Of a stretch of DNA of 64,000 nt, positions 1 to 12,160 are shown piece after piece (positions within the stretch are counted from its first letter, which is position 1; every line of letters begins with the position of its first letter). The DNA comes from Mobula hypostoma (lineage: Eukaryota). The position numbers were made by a program, and so were the translations under genes. Location of the stretch: positions 25,298,001 through 25,362,000 of the forward strand of contig NC_086109.1 in NCBI RefSeq assembly GCF_963921235.1, given 5' to 3'. A model generated the notes under the pieces. It was not told where the DNA came from. It worked only from the letters and a program-made list of their open reading frames with translations, and ran no database searches.

Positions 1-379
1 TTTAAAACCTGTATTTCCTCATAAACACAAGAGATTCAGCAGATGCAATAAATCTGGAGTAACACATAAAATGCTGGAGGAGCTCAGCAGTTAAGGCAGC
101 ATCTATGGAAAGGAATAAGCAATTGATATCTCAAGCCAAGACACTTTACAAGGACTGATCCTTTCTTGTAGGATTTTTAACTTCTAGTGAAGGGTTTTAG
201 GATCATCTCCCACCCCAATACATGACGTTCGGTAACACCTACAATTATGTTGCTTTAACAGAGATGCCATAATTGAGGAAATATATTGAAATTAAACATC
301 ATTTTCCAATGAAGAAGAGGAGCATTTCACTGTCAAAATTACTTCTGGAAAATAATATTTGGAAGTAAAGCTACAGGAA

Positions 380-1310
380 AAGGCAAAGTCAAAGCAAATT
401 TATTATTAAACTACATGCACCATATACTACCTTGAGATTCATTGTCTTGTGGATATTCACAGTAAATACAACAAAACACTATAGAATCAGTGAAAAAGAT
501 GGACAACCAATGTGCAGAGGTCAGCAAATTGTGTAAACACAGAAAGAAAAAAAAAATTAATAGATACTGTAAATACGGAACAAACAATTGAGAACATGTG
601 TTATAGAGTCCTTGAAAGTGAGTTCATGGGATGTGGAATTCAGCTCAATGATGGGATGAGTGGAGCTATCTGCTCCAGTTCAACAGCCTGATGGTTGAGG
701 GATAATAATTGTTTCTGAACCTGCTGGTGTAGGACCTAAGTCTGCTGTACCTCCTTCCTGATGGCAGCAGTGGGAAAAGAGCATGGCATAGATGATTAAG
801 TTCCCAGATGATGGATGCTTCTCTCCTGTAACAGCGCTCCTAGTAGTTGTGCTCAATGGTGTGGAGGGCTTTACCTGTGATGGACTGGACTGTATCCACG
901 ACTTTTTGTAGGCTTTTCTGTTCAAGAGTATTGGTGTTTCCATACCAGGCCATGATGCAACCAGTCAGTATACTCCCCAACATGTGTTTATAGAAATCTG
1001 TCAGATTTTTTGATGCCATGCTGAATCTTTTCAGCCTTTTAAGAAAGTAGGGGCACTGCCGTAACTTCATTGTAACGATACTTAGGTGCTGGACTCGGGA
1101 CAGATTCTTTGGAAGTTACTGATCCTCTGCACCTCTGATCCCCTGATGAGGTCTGGCTCATGAACCTCAGGTTTACTCCTGCTGTAGTCAATAATCAGCT
1201 CTAAGGTTTTGCTGATGTTGAGTAGGAGGTGGTTGTTGTTGTAGCACCTTTCAGCCAGACTTTCAATCTCCATCCAATATATTGATTCATCACCATCTTT
1301 GATTCACCCT
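380..1310 (-). mobile_element. Rex/Babar-like LINE 3' fragment
   Basis: SILTGCIMAWYG and LNISKTLELIIDY motifs on the - strand. Related copies at 3446-4040 (-), 12640-14650 (+), 37510-38325 (+), 45310-45980 (-) and 56790-57170 (+). Confidence 0.75.
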
Positions 1311-2096
1311 GGTTGGTGACCACTGGTTAAACTTTGACTTATCAAAGTAAGAGAAACTCATTAGACACATCCTTGCTTAGTATTATTTCGATTTCCTGCT
1401 GCATGGATTAAGGATGTACATTGTAAAATGAAATGAATAGTCTGGTCTTTGTTTATCAGGGACCATGTGTCTTCATCTACCTTCACAGAACTATCTCACT
1501 GGAAGACAAAAGACTCAGTGATCTATTCATTATACTGGGATGCTTGATATGATATCAGCTGAGTGAAGTGTTTAGTTCCAAGACTGTATCTGTTGCCTTG
1601 CAAACATTTTAACTATAATTAAATTGTGCTGTTAATTTAGGAAGTGCACATCTAAATAAACAAGAACTCCTTGTAGATTAGGACAATTAGCTCATCATGA
1701 AGAATATTGTCAATACTCATTATTTATGGGTCCGTAGGTGATCTGAAAGGCTACTTGACCTGCTTACAAATGGAAATGTTTACTGGTGTCCAGGTGATGC
1801 TAAATGCCCAGTTTATTGCTCTGAGACTTTAACACTAGGAAATCTTTCCTCTCAGATATTATTTCCCAGAAGTAATTTTGAAAGTGAAATGTTCCCCTTT
1901 TTCATTGGAAAATGGGTTTTCATTTTAATATTTCCCCAACTTTGGCATCTCAGTTAAGCAGTTCAATTGTAGGTGCCAGCCTAAGTCATGTATTAGAGTG
2001 GGTCATAATCCCAAAACCCTTTACTTGGAGTCAAAAATCCTACAAGAAAGGATCGATCCTAATAAAGGGTCTCAGCCTGAAAGGTTGACTCTTTAT

Positions 2097-2470
2097 TTAG
2101 AAACATAGAAATATAGAAAACCTACAGCACAATACAGGCCCTTCAGCCCACAATGCTGTGCCAAACATGTACTTACTTTAGAAATTACCTCAGGTTACCC
2201 ATAGCCCTCTATTTTTCTAAGCTCCATGTACCTATCCAGGAGTCTCTTAAAAGACCCTATTGTATCTGCCTCCACCACTGTCACCGGCAGCCCATTCCAC
2301 GCGCTCACCACTCTCTGCGTATAAAAAAACACACCCCTGACATCTCCTCTGTATCTACTTCCAAGCACCTTAAAACTGTGCCCTGTCATGTAAGCCATTT
2401 CAGCCCTGGGAAAAAGCCTCTGACTATCCACATGATGAATGCCTCTCATCATCTTATACACCTCTGTCAT
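2097..2470 (-). mobile_element. CR1 3' fragment inserted in a pLTR remnant
   Basis: FFYTQRVVSAWNGLP ORF; AGAAACATAGAAATATAGAAA tail. Confidence 0.85.
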
Positions 2471-4044
2471 ATTTCTCTCCATGGATACTGCCTGACCTGC
2501 TGAGTTCCTCCAGCACTTTTTGTGTTACTCTGGATTTCTAGCATCTGCAGAATCTCTTGTGTTGATGAGAAAATTGAGGTTTAAAGGTTGGATTTAAAGG
2601 ACTTTTGATTAAAAAAGGAAATGAACATTGAGGAATATGAGGAGTCCAGGAAAAGGCAAATTAATCAGTAACACATGGAGAGCATGGCAGCACAGTGAGC
2701 GGTTGGCATAACGCTATTACAGTGCCAGCTGTTTGATCAGGGTTCAATTCCAACTGCTGTTGGTAAGGAGTTTGTATGTTCTCCCCGTGACCATGTGGGT
2801 TTCCTTCAGGTCCTCCCGATTCCTCCCACTCTCTGAAGATGCGTGGTTAGTGTTAGTGGGTCATAGGAATTCTATGTTGGCACTGCAAGCATGGTGGCAT
2901 TTTCAGGCTGCCCAGCACCATCTTTGTTGATTTGATTTGATGTAAACAATGCATTTCACTGTATAAGAGAATCTCTCTTTTTAACACGTAGGGAGCAGAA
3001 AGCAGATGGAGCACGTCATGTCACGGACTCTGTTCTTGCCCTTAGGCATTACAGCAGCAAAACAATTCTTTGTGAGAATGGCCCATGGCTGTTCTCAGGC
3101 CCAAGATAAGACGATAAATCGGGATAGTCAATGAGATGTGAGGTAGCTGCTGAAGCTCGGAGACTATCACAAAAACAGGTGAACTGTGCTGAGGTGCAGG
3201 ATACAGGTAACTGGCAAAGGGGTTAGGCAACCACTGCAGAGTACCCCTGTGGCCATTCCCCTCAACAACAGGTACAAACAGGCTACACTTTTGGATACTG
3301 TTGGTGCGGGGATGACCTGGCTGAGCAAAACCATGGCAGTCAGGTCTCTGGCACTGAGACTGGCTCTGTGGCTCAGAAGGGAAGGAGAAGAGGCAAGCCG
3401 TAGCGATAGGGGATTTGTTGATTAGGGGGACAGAGAGAAGATTCTCAAAGTTCAAAATAACATTATGTACACACATGTCACAACACACAACCCTGAGATC
3501 CTCTTTTCTCAGTGGGCATACTCAGCAGATCTACAGAGTATTAACTGTAAACAGGATCAATGAAAGAGCAAGAGCCCAGAAGACAACAAATTGTTGAAAT
3601 GCAACTATAAATAAATAGCAATAAATAACGAGAGCATGAAACAACAAGATAAAAAGTCCTTAAAATGAAATAATTGGTTGTGGGAACATCTCAATAGATG
3701 AGTGTTCTTATCCTCTTTTGTTCAAGAGCCTGATGGTTGAGAGGTAGTTACTGATTTTAAACCTGATGGTGTGAGTTCTGAGGCTCCTGTACCTTCTACT
3801 CAAATGCAGCAGCAAGAAAACAGTATGGCCTGGGTGGTGAGGATCTTTGATGAAGGATGCTGGTTTTCTACAACAACGTTTCATGTAGATTTGCTCAGTG
3901 GTTGGGAGGGCTTTACCCATGACGTACTGGGCCGAATCCATTACCTTTTGTAGGATTTTCCACTCAAAGGCATTGGTGTTTCCATACCAGGCCAGAATGC
4001 AGCCAGTCAGCACAAGTTCCACTGCACATCTACCCAGATGATAT

Positions 4045-4926
4045 GGATGAGAAAATCTACAGATGCTGGAAATCCAAGCAATGCACACAAAATGCCGGAG
4101 CATCTCTGGAAAGAGGGAGTGGTGAAGTAAAGTGCCGGGAAGCTGATAGGTGGAAGAGAAAGAGGGCTGCTTATCCTTGCAAGCACAACAAGTGCCATAC
4201 CTCTCCCTACGTCTCCTTCCTCACTACTATTCCTACTATCCAAACAGTCCTTCCAGGTGAGGTGACACTTCAGCTGTGAGTGTGTTGGGGTTATCTTCTG
4301 TATCCAGTTGCTCCTAGTGTGGCCTCTTGTATATTGGTGAGACCTGTCGTAGATTGGGAGACCGCTTTGCCGAGCACCTACGCTCCAACCGCCAGAAAAA
4401 GCAGGATCTCCCCGTGGCCACCCACCTCAACTTTATTTCCCATTTCCATTCCGACAGTCAGTCCATGGCCTCCTCTACTGCCTCAATGAGGCCACACTCA
4501 GGTTGGAGGAGCAACATCTTATACTCTGCCTGGGTAGCCTTCAATCTGAACACCGATTTCTCGAACTTATGGCAATTGCTTCCCCCCACCACTTCACCAT
4601 TCCCGTTTCCCTCTCTCACTTCATCTCCTTCTTTGCCCGTCACCTCCCTCTTCCTTTTCTTTCATGCTTTTCTACCCTCTCCTATCAGATTCCCCCTACT
4701 CCAGCCCTTTATCTTTTTCACCTATCAGCTTCCCAACTCTCTACTTCACCCCTCTCCTTCTCCTGGTTTCACCTACCACATGCACTTCTTCCTATCCTCC
4801 CCCCTGCTTTCTTAATCTATCTTCTCATCTTTTTTCCCCAGTCCTGATGAAGGGTCTCCACCTGAAACGTCGACTGTTCACTGTTTTCCATACATGCTGC
4901 CTGGCCTATTGCTTTCCTCCAGCATT
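4045..4926 (+). mobile_element. Penelope-like element 3' fragment with GIY-YIG endonuclease remnant and inverted pLTR piece
   Basis: YIGETCRRLGDRFAEHLRS at 4330; pyrimidine-rich 3' region; pLTR at the 3' end and an inverted pLTR fragment at 4045-4110. Confidence 0.85.
4839..4876 (+). ncRNA. Minimal type I hammerhead ribozyme (Penelope pLTR)
   Basis: CAGTC-CTGATGA-AGG(gtctcca)CCT-GAAA-CG-TC-GACTG: helix I CAGTC/GACTG, intact core, helix II, short palindromic helix III, GUC cleavage triplet. Confidence 0.8.
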
Positions 4927-7248
4927 TAAAGTGTGCCACCCAGAGGATTTGTTGCCTCCTGGGTGCCTGGGTCAGGGATATTTTGGTTCAAGTCCAAAGC
5001 ATTCCTAAGTGGGAGGGTGAGCAGCCAGAGATCATGGTCCATGTTGGTACCAATTTAATAGGTAGGAGGGCTTTTGAGGTTCTGCAAAGTGAATTCAAGG
5101 AGTTAGGTGACAATTGAAAGGACAGAACCTCCTAGGTTGGGATCTCTGGATTACTATCTGTGCCATGTGCTAGTGAGGCCAGAAATAGGAACATCTTAAA
5201 GTTTAACACGTGGCTAAGGTGATGGTGCAGGAGGAAGAGCTTCATATTTTTAGATCATTGGGCTCTCTTCCAGGGAAGATGGGACCTGTACAGAAGGGAT
5301 GTTTGCACCTAAACTGGAGGGTGGACTAATATACTAGTGTGAAGGTTTGCTAGTGCTGCACGGGGGAGTTTAAATTGAGTTGCAAGGGGATTGGAATCAG
5401 AGTACCAGCACAATAATGCTATTAGTTTCAAGATAATTTTAGAAAAGGTTAAGCCTGGTCCTTGGGTTGAGGTTCTGAATTGGGTAAAGGCCGATTTTGG
5501 TGGAATCAGAAAGGATCTGGAAAGTGTGGATTAGGACAGTTTGTTTTCTGACAAATATGTACTTGTAAGTGGAAGGCCTTCAAAAGTGAAATAGTGAGAA
5601 TACAGAGTTTGTATCCTGTCAGAGTAAAAGGCGAGATAACAGATTTTGGGAACCTTGGTCTTCAAGAGATATTGAGGTCCTGTCTAACAAAAGGAGGAGG
5701 TGCATAGCAGATATTGGCAGATAGGAACTAATGAGGTACTTCAGAAATGCAAGAGAACACAAGAAAGAAATCTGGAAGGCTAAAAGAAAGCATGAGTCTG
5801 CTCTAACAGACAGGGAGAAGGAGAAACCTAGGGGCTTCTACAGATATATTAAGAGAAAAAGGATAGCAGGCGACAAACTTGCTTCTCTGGAAGATCACAC
5901 TGGTAATCTATGCATGGAGCTGAAAGAAATGGGGAGATCCTCGATGGACTTTTTTGCTTCTGTAATTGCTTGGGAGATGGACACAGAGCCTACATAAGTG
6001 AGGCAAAGCAGCAATGATATCATGGACCTTATACAGATTATAGAGGAGGAAGTGTTTGCTGTATTGAGCCAGATTAGAGTGGATAAATCCCCAGGACCTG
6101 ACAAAGTGTTGCCTTGGACACTGTGGGAGGCTAGTGCAGAAATTGCAGGGGCTCTAGCAGAGATATTTAAAACATCCTTAGCCACAGTGTGGTGCCGGAG
6201 GTTTGGAGGATATTTAATGTTGTTCCGGTGTTTAACAAAGGCTCTAAGAATAAGCCTGGAAATTATAGGCCAGCGAGCCTGACATCATTAATGGGAAAGT
6301 TATTGGAAGATATTCTAAGGGACCAGATATACTGTATAAGCATTTGGATAGATAGGAATTGATTACAGATAGTCAACATGGCTTTATGTGTGGTAGGTTG
6401 TGTTTAATGAATCTTATAGAGATTTTCGAGGATGTTACCAGGCAAATTGATGAAGGCAAGGCAACGAATGTCATCTTCATACACCTTAGCAAGATCTTTG
6501 ACAAAGTCCCGCATGGGCGGTTGGTCAAGAAGGTTCAGTCACTTGTCATTCAAGATGAGGTAGTAAATTGGATTAGACATTGGCTTGAAAGGAGAAGCCA
6601 GAGAGTGGTAGCAGACGGTCGTTCCTCTGACTGGAGTCTTGTGACTAGTGGCATGCTGTGGGGACCAATGCTGGGTTTATTGTTGTTTGTCATCTGTATC
6701 AATGATTTGGATGAAAATATGCTTAACTAGATCTGCAAATTTGTGGATGATACCAAGATTGGGCATGTCGTGAGTAGACAGTGAGGAAGCGCTTACAGCA
6801 GCATCTGAACCAGTTGGAAAAATGGCCTGAGAAATGGAGGATTGAATTCACTGCAGACAAGTGTGAGGTGTTGCACTTTGGAAGAACCATCCAGGGTAGG
6901 TCATATCTGGTGAGCGGGAGGGTACTGAGGAGTGCAGTAGAAGAGAGGGATCATTATTCCTTATAAGTGGTGTCACCGGTAGATAGGGTTTTAAAGAAAT
7001 CTTTAAGGCACATCAGCCTTCATAGATCAATGTATTGAGTACAGGAGATGGGATGTTATATTGAGATAGTGTAACACATTGGTGAGGCCTAATTTGGAGT
7101 ATTGTATGTAATTTTGATCACCAACCTACAGGAAAGATGTAAATAAAATTGAAAGAGTGCAGAGAAAATTTACAAGGATGTTGCTAGGACTTAAGGCTGA
7201 TTATAGGGAAAGGTTAGAATGATTTAGAACTTTATTCCCTAGAATATA

Positions 7249-7867
7249 CGAAGGGTGATTGATAAGTTCATGGCCTAAGGTAGAAGGTCAATTTTAGAAA
7301 GCCTAGCACATTTATTTTTCCTACATTTAAACTTAGTCCAGCGGTCATGGAGCATACAAATCCCTTCTTTGTAGAAGTCGGCGTCTTGGACCTCCAGAAG
7401 TGGTCCACAGCAGGGGTGATTGATAGGTTTGTGGCCTAAAGTAGAAGGAGATGAGGAGAAACTTCAAACTTTCTGCAATTTCACTCAAGGAGTTGAACTG
7501 CACGTGCATGTAACGAGAACTGTATAACTCATCTCCTTCTACCTTAGGCCACGGACTTACCAATCACCCCTGCTGTGGACCACCTGGAGATTCAAGACGC
7601 TCTCGATACATGCACGTGCAGTTCAACTCTTTGAGTGATTATGCAGAAAGTTTGAAGTTAATAACTCATCGCATTCTACCTTAGGCCACAAACTTATCAA
7701 TCACCCCTGCTGTGGACCACTTCTACAAAGAAGAGATCCGTATGCTCCACGACCGCTGGACTAAGTGTGTACATGTAGGAGGGGACTATGTTGAAAAATT
7801 AATGTGCTAAGTTTTCTAAAATTGACTCATTCCACCTTAGGCCACCCCTCTTATCAATCACCCCTCG
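7249..7867. mobile_element. Non-autonomous Tc1/mariner-like foldback element inserted in CR1
   Basis: TA TSD (7247-7248 / 7868-7869); termini CGA(A/G)GGGTGATTGATAAG...CTTATCAATCACCCCTCG; CR1 sequence resumes seamlessly after it. Confidence 0.8.
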
Positions 7868-8599
7868 TAGAAGATTGAGGGGAGATTAGATAGAGGTATA
7901 CAAAATTATGAGGGATGTAGATAGGGTCAATGCAACCAGGTATTTTTCCACTGAGTTTGGATGAGATTAGAACTAGGGGTCATGAGTTAAGTGTGAAAGG
8001 TGAATTGTTTAAGGGGAACATGAGGGGGAACTCAGAGAGTGATGAGGATGTGGAACGAGCTGCCGATGAAGTAGTAGATGTAGAATCAATTTCGGTATTT
8101 AAGAGAAATTTTGATTGGTGCATGGGTGGGAGGGGAATAGAGGGCTATGGTCTGGGTGCAGGTCCATGGGACTAGGCAGATTAATGGCTCAGCACAGACT
8201 AGATGGGCTGAAGGGCCTGTTTCTGTGCTGTAGTGTTCATGACTCTAAATTTTAGGGCATAATTAGTATTAAAAACTCTGTTAAATTGAATGTAGTGTAA
8301 CAATGCCTTAGAGCAATTTGTCATATTGGAATAGTCATCAAATTGTGATGCAGGTTAATACTCTGTCACGTTGTACAAACCCATTACCATCTGCTGTTGC
8401 AAAGAGAGAAACAAAATCTATTCTCATGCCTTGGGGATGTGGGAACCAGCTGTGAGCACCAGAACTGACAAAGCTAGAAATGACACTAGTGAAACTGAGG
8501 CCCAGAATCTAATGATATGCCTTGTAAAAAGGTCAACTGCAGGAGCAGGAATGCTGGAAATACTTATCAGGTTAGCTAGCATCTAAAGAGACAGAAGAT

Positions 8600-9020
8600 G
8601 TGGCAGCACCATAGTGTAGTGGTCAGCATAATGCCTTTACAACACCAGCGACCTGGGTCCAATTCGCCGCTATCTGTAAGGAGTTTGTACGTTCTCCTCA
8701 CGCCTGCATGGGTTTCCTCGGGGTGCTCTGGATTCCTCCCACAGTCCAAAGACATGAAGGTTAGTAGGTTAACATGAGGAAATCTGCAGATGCTGGAATT
8801 TCAAGCAACACACATAAAAGTTGCTGGTGAACGCAGCAGGCCAGGCAGCATCTCTAGGAAGAGGTACATCGATGTTTCAGGCCGAGACCCTTCTTCCTGA
8901 CGAAGGGTCTCGGCCCGGAACTTCAGGGTTAGGAGATTAATTGGTCACCTGGGTATAATTGGGCAACACGGGCTCATTGGGCAGGAAGAGCCTGTCACTG
9001 TGCTGTATGTATAAATAAAA
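8600..9020 (+). mobile_element. tRNA-derived V-SINE/HE1-like SINE with nested Penelope pLTR fragment (~8775-8925)
   Basis: tRNA-like head plus V-domain GGAGTTTGTACGTTCTCC...GGGTTTCCTC. Related copies at 2683-2970 and 58363-58615. Confidence 0.75.
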
Positions 9021-10039
9021 TTAATAAAGTAAAGTCTGAATTAATAGGTAAGTGAAAACTTAAAAAAAGTCTGCCATTGCTGGAAATATAAAATAATATC
9101 AGAAAATTCTGGCCACAGGCCATATCTATGGGAAGAGAATCAGAATGAATGCTTTCGGATCAAAGACCCCTTTAGTTTTCCATCCCACTCCTGCTCTGAC
9201 TTTTTGGTCTGTGACCTTCTGTATTTTTATCATGAGGCCCAAAGGAAGCTTGATGAACGCACTTCAACTTTCACCTCTGCACTTTGCAGCCTTTTGGACT
9301 CAATATTGAATTCTACAACTTAAGGTAATTTTAGTTCTCTAGTCACCCATGATTGTAGCTTTTTGTTTTCTATTCACCTTTTTAAATTATGGAAGTAGAG
9401 GGCATGCCTGGCCTCACTTGCTGGGCACATTTGCCTGCTATATGATCTCCACTCCCTCCTCCTTCTGTCTGTATTCTTTTGTCTGTGCTCCCACTCTCTT
9501 GACTGTCCCCATTCTCATTGACCAGATAACCCTGTTTACAGTTTATCCCATTGTAATCCCAGTTATACCCCATTGGAGACATTCCCCTTACCCCACCCTC
9601 TCCAGCATAACAAGTTTCTTTCGTTTCCTTCACAATTGCAATAGAATGTCTTTAGCCTGAAATGTTAACTCTGCTTTTCTTATGGCAGATGCAGTCCAAC
9701 TTGCTGACTGTTTACAGCATTTTGTGTTTTCATAACTAAATTAACATCACAGGTTAATGACCTTTCATCAGAATTAGCCAGTTCTGCTACATACTGAAAG
9801 GCTGGCTATCTGAAGTTGAGAAGTTGATGAATTTCATGTTGAATCCAGTGAACTATCTCATTCATAATCAAAAGAACAGATGCTGCTGTTTAATCTTAAT
9901 TTGGAAAAAGTACAATTAAAATGCTAGCAACATACATCAAAGTTGCTGGTGAACGCAGCAGGCCAAGCAGCATCTATAGGAAGAGGCGCAGTCGATGTTT
10001 CAGGCCGAGACCCTTCGTGCTACTTCATTTGAAAGCAGT

Positions 10040-10815
10040 TTTGGGGTCACTGAATGGAAGAAGTGGATGAGGTGAAAGGGTATATATTGTGTTTCCTGTA
10101 TTTGCATGGAAAAGTGCCATGTATTTGTTGCAGAGTCTTGAGGAATATTGTGTGCCTAGTCAGAAGAGAAGCTATTGTTTCCAGGTGAAGTAACACTTTA
10201 TCTGTGAATCTGCTGGGGTCGTATATTGTGCCTGGTGTTCCCAATGCTGCCTCCTCTTCATTGGTGAGACCCGTTGCAAATTGGGGAACTGCTTCGTCGA
10301 ACACCTGCGCTCCATCTGACAAAAGCAGAACTGCATGCTGGCCCAACTGTTTTAATTCCGATTCCTATTCCAGTTCTAACATGTTGGTCCATGGCCTGCT
10401 CTTATGCCATGATAAGGCCACCCTCAGTGTGGAAGGGCAACGCTTTATTTCCAACCCGATGGGATGAATATTGATTTCTTGATGCGGTAAAAAAAATTCC
10501 TTCACCCTCCTCTCTTCCCCTCTTTTGGCCTTTTACCTCTTCTCATCTACCTATCACTTCCCCACGTCCCCTCCTCCATCCCTTCTCCGATGGTCCACTC
10601 TCCTCACCTATCAGATTCCTTCTTCTCCAGCCCTTCACCTTTCCCACCCACCTAGCTTCCCCTCCCCCCACCTTTTTATTCTGGAAGAGTCTCAGCCTGA
10701 AACATTGACTGTTATTCATTTCCACAGATGCTGCCTAGCCTGCTGAGTCCTCCAACATTTTGTGTACATTGCTTTGGATTTTCAGCATCTGCAGAATGTC
10801 TCCTGTGTACGATCA
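10040..10815 (+). mobile_element. Degenerate Penelope-like fragment (GIY-YIG region + pLTR)
   Basis: Colinear with the 4200-4926 copy (CLLFIGET-like sequence near 10250; pLTR at 10690-10810). Confidence 0.7.
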
Positions 10816-11699
10816 GCAGATGTTTGAGCTTATCTTGGTCTTCATTGGAATAGTACAAGAAGCCAAAGATACAGCGGACAGAATTGGAATGGGATGGACA
10901 AACTCAGGGGCACTGCTGTGGACTGGAGGTGACCTGTATTATGTTTCCCCAATTTAGAGGAAATCATATTGTGAGCAATGAACACAGAGGAGGAAGTGAA
11001 TCACTACTTCACCTGGAAGGTGTGATTGAGCTCCTGGATGTTGAGAAGTGGTGAAAGGATAAACGTTAAATTTTCTTTGTTTGCATGAAGAAGTAGATGG
11101 ACATTGGTGAAGATAGAGGAGTGAAGTACGGAGATATGGAAAGAGGGACCCCTTAGGAGGGCTGAAGTGAAAGGCCAGTGGAAGATGTATCTCATGGTAA
11201 CGTAAATTATGGAACACAATCCTTTGCATGTGGAGATAGAAGGAGTGGAAGATGGGGAGAAGGAGAACTTTGTCTTTGCTCTGGGTGAAAGGAGTGGGAA
11301 AGGGACCAGAGGCTTGAAAAATAGAATAGACCTTAATGAGAATCCAGTCAACCATGGCAAAGGGTAGTAAATGGATTACAATTAAGAAAAATGTATTGGA
11401 ATATTAGCTCATTGCAACAGGAAATTATAGGTGGGAAAGTGATGGCAAATTTAAATTCAGATTGTTAGCTTTAGTTCTGCATTCAAGGAGAAATCTTAGT
11501 GTAGTTTTCTCCCTCTAACCACATGCCATTACAGCAAGATAGATTCACAATCATTCTACCTTGTTACTACTTTTAACAAAAAATTGGAAATAATGTGCTG
11601 TTTCATTACGTGGAGCTAGTGGTCTCAACTACTAACTCAACATTTAATGAGCATTTTGTTCAATAAATAAAACTTGCTGTAAAGTTAATTTTCCTTACT

Positions 11700-12160
11700 C
11701 TTATCTTCAGTTTCACTTACCATACATTCCTTGTGTTCATTCATTCCAGATGCGTACATATCTCTAACATGCTCTTTCTATTTTTAATTAACACCTTTTC
11801 TCCATTTCTGTATTCAGTCTTAGTTTATCAATTAGTTTCTCTTCTGTCCTTTCTTGCATATATTTCTCTTTGTATTTTACACTTCCTCCATTACTTACTT
11901 TGTTTGTCTCTTTATTTCCATTTCTCCCCCCCAACTTTTTTCTCTCCCTTTCCCATCGTCTCTCTCTCTTCCTCACATTATCCCTACCTCTCTCACTTAA
12001 CTTCTCTTCTTTCTCCCTTCCTCTTCCTTCTCTCTCTCCCTCCACTCTCCCCTCCCCCTCTCCCCACCCCCTCTCTCCCCCCCTCCCCCGTCACCTCCCT
12101 TCTCTTCCCCTCTCTCTTTCCCCCCCCCGCACTTTCCCAATCCTGCTTTCATCCTTCACA
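11700..12160. repeat. Low-complexity polypyrimidine (C/T) tract
   Basis: Near-total absence of G on the + strand; C-runs at 12030-12130. Confidence 0.85.

Larger units (their letters stand above)
3100..8245 (+). mobile_element. Long decayed CR1 LINE (ORF1 esterase region + ORF2 RT) with nested Rex/Babar, Penelope and mariner-like insertions
   Basis: ORF1 STPVAIPLNNRY (3240) and VHVGTN (5037); ORF2 DKSPGPD, SQHGF, FDKVPH, INDLD; CR1 3' UTR ending TGTGCTGTAGTGTTCATGACTCTA. Confidence 0.8.

Noticed and set aside
7249..7867. CRISPR-like repeat-spacer array
   Set aside because: Repeats occur in both orientations inside a TA-flanked transposon in eukaryotic DNA.
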